64,000 nucleotides of DNA from Eledone cirrhosa (taxonomy: Eukaryota): contig OZ024746.1 of the NCBI GenBank assembly GCA_964016885.1, positions 38,998,001 through 39,062,000 of the forward strand, given 5' to 3'. The notes beneath the pieces were generated by a model. It ran no database searches. It saw nothing but the letters and a program-made list of their open reading frames with translations, and was not told the DNA's origin. Position 1 is the stretch's first letter; each line of letters opens with the position of its first letter. Positions 44,163 through 59,900 of the stretch are shown here, piece after piece. A program made the translations under genes and the position numbers.

Positions 44163-45199
44163 CGTGTGTGTGTGTTGTGTGGTTCACTAATGGGTAGAAC
44201 TGGTTATTCCGTTTAGTTAACTATGATCTAGTAGTAAGATAAGAACTCGATGTTATGCAATTCCGCAATCGTTGATGTTGAGTCCCGTGGCTAGTGCAGG
44301 AATGGAGTTAGATATTTATTTAATTGGAACAACAGAAGGGCATTGGGATACATATAGTGCTTTTTGCAACATTAAAAGTCTGGCCTTCTGTCGTTTTAAA
44401 TATACATATATATATATTTATTTATTTGAGGGTCTGTGGGTCTGAGTATGTGTTGCGTGTATTCAAGAAACTGCAATTGTAATAATTCACAGTTATTATA
44501 ATACATGTTCCATTAATCTTAGGAAGAAGAACAAAATTGGAATAACCGAAAAAGCCACAAAACAATCAATGATGTTACTTTTGTGTCATGGTAAGAAAAA
44601 TAATGGAAGGCAATTCTATTTGATGTAATCAACGGCGATGAATTAAGTATTTTTCGTGTCTGTTAGACAAGATCAAATATTTCTGCCGCTTCATTCAATT
44701 AATACTACCGCCATTATTAGCCTCGTTTCTTCTGGTAGTGTTACTTCTTTCTTTTTACTTCATACACTTTTGAACTGACTTCCTGTTTCTATTAATTTCA
44801 CCTTTGAAGATGATAACTACAAACATAAAATGAGAGATCAATCGGTGAAGAGGCTGGAGTGACAAGATACCACAGTCATATGGTACTTTATTTTACAAAG
44901 ATGTTTATACAAAAAACAAAACACATTATTAATGGGAACAAAATAAATGAAAATGAAATGGAAAGAAGAAAAAGAAAATTCGAATCAAGCAATGAAAGAA
45001 AAGGAGAAAATGAGAGACAGACACTACACCCCTGTCTGGACGGTGCCTCAGCCGCGCCCCGCGAGCAACATGGCAAAAACATTACCGCAGAGAATGACCA
45101 GAGACACCCGATGCAGCAGACACCCCCACCTCATGGATCTCCCTCCTCAAGCTAGACGTCGTCTTTCCGATTTCACAGAGAAAATTTATATTGAATCTT

Positions 45200-45460
45200 G
45201 CCTAGGATAACAACTACAATTGCTCAAAGACAGTTACGGTTTGCAGGACAACACTGGAGCAGTAAGCAGGAAGCTATACACCAGCTACTTTCGTGGGAAC
45301 CAATTCACGGGAGACGCAGTAGAAGAAAGCCTGCTCGAACATTCAACTCTCAGATGATACAAACCTTACTAGGGAGCAGTTGCCAGGAGCAATGGAAAAT
45401 TGTGACTTGTGGAGAGACTTTGTCAGGAATGTTAGACTGTAGTCGCCAAGATGATGATCT
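45200..45460 (+). mobile_element. RTE LINE 3' fragment (another family)
   Basis: QRQLRFAGQHW...LLSWEPIHGRRSRRKPART. Confidence 0.7.
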
Positions 45461-45520
45461 ATCGATCTAGCTAGCTAGCTATCAAACACACTCACTCACA
45501 CACACACACACATATGTGCA

Positions 45521-45584
<64 letters not shown>

Positions 45585-46027
45585 TACATATATATATTGA
45601 TGTGTGTGTGTGTAGCAGTCTATTTTAGTAACAAACTTTCTTTACCTAATATTTATCAATTTTTCAAGGAATTTTGACTGAAGCTCTTGTAAAATCTGAG
45701 CCTTTAGATATGATCTTTTAAATGCCACGCAGTTTGTTGGTGAACACTTCTCGTACACTAGCACAATTGTAACATAAACAGTTTCTTAGCTTGCTAAAAT
45801 TGAAGATTTGGCACGGCAATTTGGTACACTTTAAAATGCTTCGCTTAAAATGCTTCGCTGTGATTTCCATCAGTAGAAAGCCCGCTAAACTGTCATCTAG
45901 CACAGAAAAAAATCGTTATATAAGAAACGTCCTATTGTATATACACAAGGGGTAAAACAACACCGAAGACCGATACTGTACAATGATAATATATATTAGT
46001 TTAACGCTTGAAATAGTAGGAAAATAG

Positions 46028-46062
46028 TCTGGACGTTTAGGACGTCAGTCGTTCGTCAGAAG
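46028..46062 (-). ncRNA. Degenerate minimal hammerhead
   Basis: tctt CTGACGA acgactgacgtcc TAAAC GTC caga (G12 lost). Confidence 0.4.
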
Positions 46063-47697
46063 ATAGAATCGCAGTTGTAAGAGGATATAAAATTATAGAA
46101 ACGAACTATGCATATTGAAGTTAGCTTGAATTTATATGAATGTATTCTTATTCTTTTTTAGTTAGTTGGAAGTAAAAGGAAGGTGCACGTAAACATTTGC
46201 ACATCATTCTCGACTGATCAGTAAATCAACATCTGAAGGGAAAAAAAAACGAGTGGTTGTGGATTTCAAAGGGTTGCATCTTTGGCGAGTGCTTAGCGAG
46301 CCTATCTGGAGAAGTGGGTACGGAGATTTTTCTAGCGGATCAGAAATCGTTACGGTAATGAAGGAAACAACAATATCTGCGGCTTATCAGTTGAAACGTG
46401 TTTGGGAGTGAAATTTGGACAATAAGCCGAATGTCTGGGTGGATATCAATAACAGTATCTTAGATGTGAGCAGTAAGAGTCTAATATTGGTACTATTTGA
46501 GCTTTCTAAATGGTCATATGAGTTGAAGTATTTTCTGATCCTGAAGAAGAACCCTAGTCTTTAGGATACAGTTTTGACACTACAAGGTCACCTTGAGAGA
46601 TCACCAGATGTATATCCCATGTACAGATTTTGAGAGCTGTAGTTACGTGTTGTTCCTGTTCAGCAGCTATTATCTGTAACATATGTAGATCAGGTTATGT
46701 GTTGTTCAAGCAATGTAAGTTTCATATATGATTATTGCCTTCAATTTTGTTAAAAATGTACATTTCCAGCATGGGCACATTTATAGAGAATCTGACTTAC
46801 TGTTGATTAGATAGAACTGTTCGTAATTGATCGATCCAAGGAAAATGAATCGGAATACTGATGCTAACAAGATTTGAACTCAAAGTAGAATGTGATATAG
46901 CAAAATATTGGAAGGTATTCTGATTAGCAGTCTACTGTTACTACCTTCCATAATCATTTAATGCTGGTCGTGAAGACGTGTAGGTTAGTGGTTAACGTCG
47001 TAAGAAGGTGAGCTCACTTCGCAGCTGGGTGTTGTATCCTTGAGCAAGACACTTTATTTCACGTTGCTACAGTCCACCCAGCTGACAGGAGTTAGTTAGA
47101 TCTCTGATTCAATGGAGGCACGTGTATGTGGAATGTGCAACAACCTGTGGAATGTTCAACAAGTGAATTTCACGAATAGGTTGTTCCGTTGTTCAGACAG
47201 AGATCCAACACAATGTTAACTGGTTATAGTCATTCGGATTAGAAAGCGGTATATTCAATATGGATGATATATATATATTTTTTTTTCAGTAACAATAGTA
47301 ATACAAGATGGAACAATATTTATTCCAAATAGGCGGCGAATTAAGAGATACATTAGAACATCGGATAGAATGTGTTGAGGTATTCGTTCCGGTTGTCTGC
47401 GCGTCGAGGTCAAACTTTACCTTTCGTCCTTGTGAGGTCAATAAATAAAGTAGCAGAGCATTACTTCTTCCTCTATATATCTTTCTGACTTTCTCTCTAT
47501 CACAATCTTTTTGGGTGGGGGGGGGGGATCGTCTGTGTTCAGGTCTGAAGAAGGGCGGCCTCTGCCAAGATTAAAATGTCACTACGGCATCCCTACGACT
47601 TCACCACGAGTTACGGGTCCATACATACTTATTTCAGATGATGTGAAAAGAAGAATGAGAGATAGAGAGAGAGTGTGAGAGACAAAGAGAAGGAGGG

Positions 47698-47782
<85 letters not shown>

Positions 47783-47914
47783 GAGAGAGAGAGAGAGATC
47801 AGAGTAGAGTTCTATGCTATTTACTTCTATTCCGTACTCGAATACCCAGATGACAAGTCACCGTTACACGGAGAGAAAGTATTACATCTTTTTATCACTG
47901 ACATACACTCACAT

Positions 47915-48044
<130 letters not shown>

Positions 48045-48062
48045 ATATATACATATATATAT

Positions 48063-48200
48063 ATAAGGTTAACGTATATTGATGCCCTAAGGACAGACAC
48101 TGGTCTGTTGGAGACGCAGGACATGGCAGCGATAATGAGGGACAGAGACCGCTGGAGAGAACTCGTCCATGGATCTCGGGAATTTTACCCGCCTTAGATA
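48063..48200 (+). mobile_element. RTE LINE extreme 3' fragment
   Basis: TYIDALRTDTGL...MRDRDRWRELV. Confidence 0.65.
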
Positions 48201-48704
48201 GATAGATATATGTGTATATATATATATATATGTATGTATATATATATTTATACATGCATACACACATATATATATATTTATATATATTTATATATATATA
48301 CTTACTTCTCTAATCAGCCTACTTAGCGTCCACTCGTGTGTTTGTGCACATACACACACATTTATATATATATATACATTCATACACACACATACATATA
48401 AATATATATTCTTACATATATAAGCGCCTATATTTTCTTTATCTACCTATTTATATATTTATCCTTCATTCGGTAACATATACGCACATACGTCTCTACC
48501 TGCCTATTTATTTTTATCTCTTTCTATATATCTATATATCTATCTATCTATCTACCTATCATTCTTTCTAATAAGGTATATATCCAGATATCTAGCTTGT
48601 TATCACATCACAGACACGTTAATCAAGCAATCTGCCTACATGCTCACCTTCATAATAATACATAGAGCACCCCAACTATCTATCTATGTATGTATCTATC
48701 TATT

Positions 48705-48797
<93 letters not shown>

Positions 48798-48803
48798 TGT
48801 GTG

Positions 48804-48921
<118 letters not shown>

Positions 48922-49184
48922 CTGCGAGCGTGGGCATATGTGCGTGTGTGTGAGAATGTGTGATGTGCTCATGAAGAAGGTTATGGCAAATACAAAAATA
49001 AATTCAAAATAGATTTTTAACTTATGAAAATACCCATTCCCCTTAAATTGATAACAGAAAACAAATAACAGAGGGGGAGATAATTTGAAGTAATTGAGAA
49101 AATTGCTCATACTAATTTGCACACTTAAAAAAAATATCATTGTAGGCAAAGAAAAATAATGTATACACGCACACACACACACAC

Positions 49185-49237
<53 letters not shown>

Positions 49238-49346
49238 AGAATGAAAGGTATCAACTTTAAAAATCCGAAACCGTAGTGATTTCCAGAGATTGACTGAGGA
49301 GATGAGACCGTCTGACTTTCCGTTGTTTTTTCAATTGTCTTTGTCC

Positions 49347-49407
<61 letters not shown>

Positions 49408-49450
49408 AGGGTGTCCCAAAAAATGCATACAAACTTTGTTGCCTGTACAT

Positions 49451-49546
<96 letters not shown>

Positions 49547-49619
49547 CGAGGGTGTCCCAAAATATGCATACAAACTTTGATTGCCTGTGCATACACATGC
49601 ATATATATATATATATATA

Positions 49620-49844
49620 GAGTGCACCCCCGGCTTTCGCAGATCCACCATTCGCGTTCCCGGTTATTCGCGGAACTTTCATTAGAACATCCCTTTTCAA
49701 CGCTAACTTATTGATAACAATATACCGTATTTGCCGGCCTTTGACGTTTATAGACATTTTTTTAGACCACGTTCAATATTCGCGGTTTTTAACTCTTCAC
49801 GAGTGCTCTAGCTAGATAACCACCGTTAATACCGGGGTAAACTA
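49620..49844. mobile_element. Decayed pogo/Tigger-like MITE
   Basis: Imperfect TIRs agtgcacccccggctttcgc / ccgttaataccggggtaaact within TA. Confidence 0.45.
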
Positions 49845-50175
49845 TATATATGTATATATATATATATAGGCACCGCGGTCAGGATTTGACATATCTCTAT
49901 ACCCACTCTGCATCTCATACATTGAGTACTCCCATGATTAGTCTAGTCTTAGCACCGCAGTCTCCGCCCTCTCTCTCTCTCTCTCCCTCTCTCTCCCTCT
50001 ATTTATGCATATATATATATATATACAAATACATAAAATATATATGATACGCGTATATATGTATACATATATATACTCGTATCATATGTATTTTATGTAT
50101 TTGTGTGTATATATATATATGTGTGTGTGTGTGTATGTGCGTGTTTTATATATATTATACATATATGTATATATG

Positions 50176-50227
<52 letters not shown>

Positions 50228-50248
50228 ACACACACACACCCACACACA

Positions 50249-50293
<45 letters not shown>

Positions 50294-50368
50294 GTATATA
50301 TATACATATATACATATATGTATAATATATATAAAACACGCATATATGTATAATATATATAAAATACT

Positions 50369-50468
<100 letters not shown>

Positions 50469-50503
50469 CATATATATACATATATGTATAATATATATAA
50501 AAT

Positions 50504-50545
<42 letters not shown>

Positions 50546-50806
50546 GCATATAAAAGTACATATACATATGCATATAGATATATACGATACGAGTGAAATG
50601 GTAGGTATTTTTAGGAAGTTTTAGCAACATCGCCTGATGACTATATTTGATCAGTATAAGATGTATTAGCAGTATACAAACAGCCTACATAGCTATAAGA
50701 CAGTAAACACTCATACATACAGGCACATACATGCAGACACATGCGCATGCACACATACACACACAGACACACACATGCACACATACATACACAGAGAGAA
50801 ACACAT

Positions 50807-50865
<59 letters not shown>

Positions 50866-50959
50866 AACGTACACCACACTTACACACACACTCTTACACA
50901 CACACATACACACTCATTTACACACACACATACACTCACATATACATATATATATATGC

Positions 50960-50990
<31 letters not shown>

Positions 50991-51142
50991 TATGCACACA
51001 TATATGCAGATATATACACACGTATATGCAGATGTACACCAACACACTGACACTCACACACACACACACATACACTCACATATATACACACATACATACC
51101 TAAACGTATCTCCACACATACATACACACCTATATATATATA

Positions 51143-51208
<66 letters not shown>

Positions 51209-51256
51209 TGCATATATATACACACGTATATGCAGATGTACACCAACACACTGACA

Positions 51257-51309
<53 letters not shown>

Positions 51310-51499
51310 TCACATATATATATATACATATCTCCACACATACATACCTAAACGTATCTCCACACATACATACACTCAGACATGAACAAGTGAATATATA
51401 TATATACATATATACACACATATCAACTTTTACCGAAGCACAGAGGCACTTATATGAAAGTACAGCCCCTATCCAATATACTTTTATCATACACACAAA

Positions 51500-51736
51500 A
51501 GGGCGCTGGATTGGCAGTATCGGTAGAGCCTCAGACACCAAGCTTTGCAGCATAGAGTTATGGCCCTTTACGTTCTGCGTTTAAAACCCGCCAAGGTTAG
51601 CTTTGCCATTCATCCTTATGGGGGTCGATAAATAAAGCACCAGTATAAAACACCAGTAATGCACTGGGGGGTCGATTTAATCGACCCCCCCCCCCCAAAA
51701 AAAATTTGCTGGCCTTGTGCCTAATGTAGAAACAAT
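51500..51736 (+). mobile_element. tRNA-derived SINE, long variant
   Basis: Same head, core and tail as the other copies. Confidence 0.75.
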
Positions 51737-51875
51737 TATTGTGTACACACATACACACTCACACGCATGCACACTCATATATACGCAAAGACGCACGCAC
51801 ACACAAATATCCACACATATGTACATTTGAAAGTATACAGACGCATCTACCTTTCGGTCTTTCTCTCTTTCTATT

Positions 51876-51952
<77 letters not shown>

Positions 51953-51984
51953 GAGCGTGTGTGTGCATGTGTGTGTGTGTGTGT

Positions 51985-52057
51985 GTGTGACCCAAAAAAT
52001 GTATACACGCTTCAACAGCATTCTAATCAAAGTGTGTATACATTTTTGAGGGACACC

Positions 52058-52060
<3 letters not shown>
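51985..52060. mobile_element. Tiny Tc1/mariner-type MITE
   Basis: TIRs cccaaaaaatgtatacac / gtgtatacatttttgagggacaccctg-TA; related ends at 49403-49445 and 49545-49590. Confidence 0.55.
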
Positions 52061-52111
<51 letters not shown>

Positions 52112-52247
52112 TGCTAGGGAAAGGATCAGGGGTGTATAACACTCCACTTATCCAGCAGGCAGTATGAGGTTAGCTCAATGTAAGGACAGAGCCGTAATAT
52201 AATAAATAAATAACAAAGAACGCTTATAGCATATGCATATCTTTACT

Positions 52248-52293
52248 TGCTAACATTGTTTCATCCGCACTATAAGTGGGACTCATCAGAGCA
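52248..52293 (-). ncRNA. Minimal type I hammerhead
   Basis: tgct CTGATGA g tcccac ttata gtgcgga t GAAA caatg TT agca. Confidence 0.75.
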
Positions 52294-52883
52294 TAAAGGT
52301 TAATTACATACCATACAAGCAATAACAAATCCAAGACATTGAAGAATGAAAGGTAATAATAGACGATAGAGGATAAGAATAAAAATAAAAATAAAAGTAA
52401 AAATAAAAATAAAAATAAAAATAAGGGGTGCTATCAGTCACAGTTGGGCGGGGTGCTGTCAACATATAGTTACATACAAGCATACACATGGATAAGAGTA
52501 CAGAAAAGAGTAGACACATGGATAAGAGAACAGACAAGAGTAGATAAGATAATGGGATTAGGTAAGAGTAGGTAAAAAATAGGTAAAAAATAGGTGAAAA
52601 ACAGACTTATAATATATATAAAAAGAAATACAAAGAAATACATAACAAACTTACATATAAAATATAAAAAATAAAATATAGGGTAAGGAATGAGATAAAA
52701 TAATATAAAATTAAAAATTAAAAATTATATACATAGAACATAATATAGTATAATCGTAAAATAAGATAAAATAAGGTAAACTAAAATCAAATAACATAGA
52801 CTAAATTAAAATAATATAATATAAGATATAATTAAATGTATAATTAAATGTAATTAAATGTAATTAAATAAAATAAAATAAAA

Positions 52884-52914
<31 letters not shown>

Positions 52915-53003
52915 AAATTAAAAATTAAATAAATAAATAAAATTTAAATTTAAATTTTAAAATTTTAAAATTTCAAAATTAAAATTAAAATTAAAATTTA
53001 AAT

Positions 53004-53047
<44 letters not shown>

Positions 53048-54539
53048 ATGGAGTCAAGTAAGTAAATAAATAAAATTAGATAACATGAAATGAAATAAAA
53101 TGAAATAAAGTAAATTGAGATAAGATATATATTTTTCTAGAATATATCTCTTGAATATATCAGGGGCCCACGAAGGCACTAAATGTCACATTTATATGTA
53201 TCACTTGACCAATTTTTTAAAAAATATTTTTCATGAAAACATCAGGGGCCCACGAAGGCACTAAGTGTCACAGTCACCAGTATCACTTGACCATTGCAAG
53301 GCAATGGAGGCGTCCCAGGTTGGGCAGTCTCGAAAGTTCACTCGAAAGTCATGGGTGTGCATTCACACAGTTGAGCGGTGGGGTAATCACAAACCGGTTC
53401 ACACACGGGTAGGAGTCAATTGGTCAGAGAGGTGCATCAAAGGAGGTAGAAGAATTCACATGCATTAGCAAGCGAGGTGAGATTAAAGCAAGCAGATACA
53501 GTTGTAGCGCATACAAAATATATATAAAGACAGAAGATATATAAAAAGCCATTAAGTCCCCGCATTGGGACATCACAAGATTGTACACATCAATATGTTC
53601 AGCACGTATATGCACGTATACACACCACATGCATATGCAGAGACGGTATACATATATATATATATATATTTTTTATATATATACACAGACACATATAACC
53701 ACCTACACCCATACACATATAAATGTATACACGGACACACACGCACACACACACAGCGTAGGACACCCGGGTCAAAGCCGATATTAAATACGATATTAAA
53801 TACGATATTAAACACCGAAATACCACATTAGACCAGACCCACCACCACAGGTAATATATTCAAAACAAATACATACGATGAGATGTATTAAAATAAAGTT
53901 GAAATCCTACGGAGATATTCATGTCTGCACGTGCCATTGACCGGTTCGAGTGTACACAGACCGTTAGTAACTACGGAGGGCCATCGGGGCCAAAACGTTA
54001 CTTTCGGGATCATAAAAACGACCGTCAATATATGGAAGGCCGATCGTGCTAGAAAGACTAAAACCCCGGGTAAGAGCTCCCAGAGGTCATCCTGTAGATC
54101 TTGAACCACAGAATATGAGGGCAACACGTATATGCGCCACGTATCCACTGCTTACGGCAGGATGGCACGGGTCCGCCCACAGTTACAGGCTAAATTTCCA
54201 CTAGTGCAGCCTAAATCACAGTACACGCTTTACATAAATACATTACATCACAACTCATGCGCATACAGAGGTACAGATCAACAAGATATACGTCAGGATA
54301 GGTCCACCAATGCACTAATGGTGGGTAGGCCAGCGTGGATGGGTTACATCCACTGTACCAAACAGGGGTGCTTATTAACATACACTCCCCTGCACACCCC
54401 AATATCAAGATCAATATCCTCCCACAGGCATACGTATACATTCACAGACTCGTATACATAGACGACCAACATTAGGAGACAGTTACACTCAGTCAGATAC
54501 AGTTACACAAGACAGCCCAACTGGAGGAATAAGGGTGTG

Positions 54540-55112
54540 CTAGCTAACAGGTTTAAAGTAGAAGAAAGAGCTTAATATTCGGTGGGGGCAAGAGGAAAAA
54601 ATTTCAGACTTTCTATTTAGTAGAGGGCATTTAGCAAATATAATAGAGTGGGATTCGGCAAGGCACAGGTTGCATACTCTACTATGAGGAGTATATGGAT
54701 GGGATTTAGCAACCTGACGCCAAGTAAGTGTGTAAGGTGTTCGTGCATTTTTTAAATTATGGACGTACGCTGCCAAGGAGGTGGAGTTCTTCAGTTTATT
54801 ATGTCTAAAAGTGCATTGATGAGAGTTAAACCTGGTCTTAAAGGGGGTGGAAGTTGATCCTATATAGGTCATAGTGGACGCCGTAGTTACCACATCACAC
54901 GCATAAACTATGTTTCTAACAAGGCAGAAACCATTCAGGGGGCAGCCTGAAGCCCTTCTACAGTTACAACCTCTGGTGATGCTATTCTCAGAAAGATTAC
55001 CACCAGTGTTACTGCCCACTCTATCCACTACCGTGTTTTCCCCTAGGCTTAGGTTGTCCAGGCCTTCCTTTATTTTCTTATTATTAGTAATGGCCAGATG
55101 AGAGGCCAGATT
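54540..55112 (-). pseudogene. PLE GIY-YIG endonuclease domain (5'-truncated ORF)
   Basis: CNC..CPLNGFC..NIVY...YIGSTSTPFKTRFNSH...CNLCLAE...LNRKSEIFSSCPH. Confidence 0.9.
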
Positions 55113-55152
55113 TATTTATTATATTTATTATATGTATATATATATATGTATG

Positions 55153-55337
<185 letters not shown>

Positions 55338-55362
55338 TTCAGGATAATACTAAGAATGAATG

Positions 55363-55449
<87 letters not shown>

Positions 55450-55546
55450 GCAATGAAATATCTATGATCGTCGGCAAATCACTGATGAGGGACTCATTTT
55501 ATTACATGTTATCCATGTGCAACCTGCAGTATTCTTCTCCCCATTT

Positions 55547-55582
<36 letters not shown>

Positions 55583-55750
55583 GAGGGTGGGCCTAAAAGA
55601 TTTGCTAAAGCTGTGAAATGTTGTATGCATTAATTTCAACTCTTCTTAATAACTATATTATTTCTTTCCAGGGACTATGTTGAAAAATAAACCTTATTTG
55701 GTTTATTCCATGGGGGTATCTTGGTCAGCCTATGAACCTTTTAGTCGACC

Positions 55751-55810
<60 letters not shown>

Positions 55811-55834
55811 ATATATATATATATATATGTGTGT

Positions 55835-55925
<91 letters not shown>

Positions 55926-56086
55926 AATGTGTGTGTATATATATGTATAAGAGTGAGGCAGAGAGAGAGGTGGAGATGGGGAAAGAGGTTTTGAGAGGGG
56001 TGAGAGGAGGGAGTAAGTGAGAGATAAAAAAATATATGTATATATATATATATATCATTCTACAAATCTTTAACCATCTACACATG

Positions 56087-56142
<56 letters not shown>

Positions 56143-56995
56143 TAACTATATATATATATACGTGTATGTGTTTGTCTGTGTAATGCATTAATATGCATCC
56201 CCTACATATGTATTCCTTTCTGCGCATGACAGCTGATTGTACGTGTATATCTCTTCATATTTTCTCTTTGCTTCTTCATTCAGCCAGTATGCTATGCTAC
56301 TGATATAACTAAGGACTGTTCTGCTTTTCAACTCTTATCTTCATTTGCATAAGTATAAACTATTTGGCGGATGATTATACCTTGAACTGTAGAACAGACG
56401 TTAACAGACGTTAGCAGACGTTAGCAGGCGTGAGCAGACGTTAGCAGGCGTGAGCAGTCACCAACTGGATGAAATGTTCGAGATCTGTATTAGAGAGATC
56501 CGTATTAGAGAGATCTGTATTAAAGCTGTAGTGTAAAACATCTGTCAAGCTGGACAGGTAGACGACGGTGTTCGACATAAAGAAAGTAGGGGAGAGAGGG
56601 GGTAGATAGATTGATATAGATAGCTAGATATCTAGATAGATAAATAGATAGGGCGATAGGGAGAAAGGGAGGGAGAGAGAATGGGGGGATAGAGTGTCAG
56701 CAACTCTGAGATTGTTTTTCAATCATAGAAACGGTATGGTTAGAATAGAAGTGTTTATTATACGTGTTTATAAAGCAATACAAGTTTATTTATTGTGGCC
56801 TATCGTTAGCTTCACAGTCTCGTTCATCAGAATTTTCTTAATTCTACAAGGTATAAAAAGAAATATTTTGATAATATATATATATATTTTTCAAACTACC
56901 ACTTCCGTTAATGTGAACAGCTCATCCTTAGGAAGTGTGTGTTATTTCTACTGAAATGTCTCTGGTGTAATGTTTAAGTCCATGTATTCCTTTCA

Positions 56996-57165
<170 letters not shown>

Positions 57166-57212
57166 ATATATATAATATATATATATATGTATGTATATAT
57201 AATATATATATG

Positions 57213-57271
<59 letters not shown>

Positions 57272-57275
57272 TATG

Positions 57276-57328
<53 letters not shown>

Positions 57329-57490
57329 TTAAGGATACTATTTATGGTTATGTATATACTAAAACCTTTTATAGTTATATATATTTTAAACCCTAAATAG
57401 TGAAAGACAGTAATTCATTACTATCTTATTACCAGTAAGATAAATAGCTCAATGTAATAACATCAGTTGTTCTACAGAACAGTTATATAG

Positions 57491-57898
57491 AAATTACATG
57501 AATCAAAGTTCTGTTTAAACCATTTATTCGCTTACAATTGTTTCTTCCAAACCGAGGTTTGGAGTCTTCGGAGCAATTTTTCAATGATTGTTTACATACT
57601 TCACCTCCTTTCCAACACAAGAGACATACAGAAACATATGTATATATTGATGCACAGTGGGTTGACATCCATTATAATATTTAAGCATGGCAATTTACAT
57701 TCAATTTACATTATATTATAATGGATGTCAACCCACTGTGCATCAATATATACATATGTTTCTGTATGTCTCTTGTGTTGGAAAGGAGGTCAAGTATGTA
57801 AACAATCATTGAAAAATTGCTCCGAAGACTCCAAACCTCGGTTTGGAAGAAACAATTGTAAGCGAATAAATGGTTTAAACAGAACTTTGATTCATGTA

Positions 57899-57902
<4 letters not shown>
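57491..57902. repeat. Inverted duplication, 190-bp arms, 32-nt spacer
   Basis: 57491-57680 vs 57713-57902; one mismatch seen. Confidence 0.9.
57817..57865 (+). ncRNA. Type I hammerhead, U4C variant (mirror copy on minus at 57528-57576)
   Basis: ttgct CCGAAGA c tccaaacc tc ggtttgga a GAAA caattg TA agcga. Confidence 0.65.
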
Positions 57903-57962
<60 letters not shown>

Positions 57963-58048
57963 CACACGCACATATATAATCTTATGGATTATACATCTTA
58001 GACTTACTTAGTAACAGATTTACTAACACAGATCGGCCTCCATTGAGA

Positions 58049-58510
58049 TAAGGGTTAAGCTATAACGAAATACATTAATCGACATATTTTAGACAAATGA
58101 AATAAATAAATCATCCACAGTTTCCACACTTATAGCTATTAACCTCATCGTGGTTTAGTTCCTTCATATTACACTTGATCTAATGCCTGGCTTATATAAC
58201 TCTTTCAGTAAATCGAATGAAAAAGTCTTATTATAAAGTATAATTCCACTTCCATAGTGTTTAAGAAAGTAATCTACAACATTCGATTACTTTCTTAAAC
58301 ACTATGGAAGTGGAATTATACTTTATAATAAGACTTTTTCATTCGATTTAATGAAAGAGTTATATAAGCCAGGCTTTAGATCAAGTGTAACATGAAGGAA
58401 CTAAACCACGATGAGGTTAATAGCTATAAGTGTGGAAACTGTGCATGATTTATTTATTTCATTTGTCTAAAATATGTCGATTAATGTATTTCGTTATATC
58501 TTAACCCTTA
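58049..58510. repeat. Inverted duplication, ~225-bp arms, 10-nt spacer
   Basis: 58049-58274 vs 58285-58510 with a few mismatches. Confidence 0.9.
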
Positions 58511-58624
58511 ATCTACAACAGGATCTCTAATCTGTTGACAAATAAAGGAATATTTGCTACGTAGATCCTTCCTTCAGTAGATCCTTACTGGTTAGCAATA
58601 TTACCAGCTCCTCTCATTTCCCAC

Positions 58625-58980
58625 TCCCGCAAATGGAAAAAGAAGCACTAATATCATTTGGTTCTCATGCCCCTTTTCATTCAATATAACATCTAATGCA
58701 GCAAAAGACTTCCTAACACTAATAGACAAATGCATATATAGAAAATATTATAACAGACACAGCCTTAATAATAGAGTAGTTGCATACTGAACACAAAACC
58801 TAAGACATATGCTAATGCATGAACCAAAATACTTGCTCACTAAATAAATCTTGTAACACAGAAACATGAGTTTAGGAGCTAAAGATCACTTATATAACCA
58901 AACCTAGAAATAACACATAAACGTAGGCATGGCATAAGGGAAATTTAAACAAAGGGTAAATAATCTTGCACCTTCATTTA
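58625..58980 (+). pseudogene. Highly decayed PLE ORF fragment
   Basis: NIIWF..PFSFNITSNAAKDFLTLIDK and GKFKQRVNNLAPSF resemble the PLE linker and endonuclease. Confidence 0.5.
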
Positions 58981-59064
58981 TTTTTTATTGAGAGGTTTCT
59001 TTTAGAGAACTACTCCTGTAAATGTCACCCCTCAATGAAATAGAATACCTTTTCTACGCGATAT

Positions 59065-59900
59065 ATTGTGTACCTTATTTTAATTGGGGTTCCTTTCCGA
59101 TGTTTCACAGAAAACTAACATCAATACGATTCAGAATATTGATCCCTCACTCATACGGATGTCTTACGGGTACGAAATTATAATTTTCTTGGCATCATCT
59201 TGTAATCCGTGTTACATCCTGCACTACATATACGTTAAACAAATTAGTGAGATCGCGTTTACGGATGATGATAAATTCAATCATGTGTCCATGCTTCCAT
59301 CTCGGATAAGTCCATGTAATTTTCTGATTAAGTTTATGTCTGAAGAAAGTGTAGGAAATCGTCAAATTGTCTTCTCAACAAAGTTCAAGTAACTTCAGAC
59401 CATGTTCATTCACTTTACCAATGCTATACCGTCCAAGAATATTCGAAGTCTCTCAGTGCTTGCCAACATGTGTATTGAAGTCACCAAGAAGTATTAACTT
59501 CTCATCATTCGGTGTGGAAGTAATGGCAGTATGAAGGCTTTCATAGAAAGTAATAACGGTTTCTTCATTGGCATGGAGAGTCGGAGCATAAAATTGTCGC
59601 ATAACGTCTAGTCAAGAATGGAACAGGTCGCTTTATTATGCGATCAGTAATGCAAGATGGGGACTGTAAATGTTTTGCCAATGTTATTCTGATTGTAAAA
59701 CCAACTCCACCTTCTTGGCGTTCGCCTTTAGGCTTACTAACCCAGAAAAATGTATATCTTGATGATACTTCAGTCAACTGATCTTCACCTGAAAGACGTG
59801 TTTCTGAGAGAGCTGCAATATCTATATGTAGTTTTGGAAGTTCCTTAGTTACAAGTGCAGTTCTTCGTTTTGGGCCGATTTGATGAGTTTTGGTCCAAAA
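59065..59900 (-). pseudogene. Decayed RTE apurinic-type endonuclease region
   Basis: PKRRTALVTKEL...IDIAALSETRLSGEDQLTE...YTFFW...GVGF. Confidence 0.8.

Larger units (their letters stand above)
52110..55112 (-). mobile_element. 5'-truncated PLE with a ~2.4-kb 3' UTR
   Basis: GIY-YIG ORF and a same-strand hammerhead near the far (TA)n junction. Confidence 0.6.

Noticed and set aside
46140-46790. Decayed PLE ORF upstream of the 46028 HHR remnant
   Set aside because: Only faint peptide hints (NLYMGYT, QIGSLS), not enough to call.
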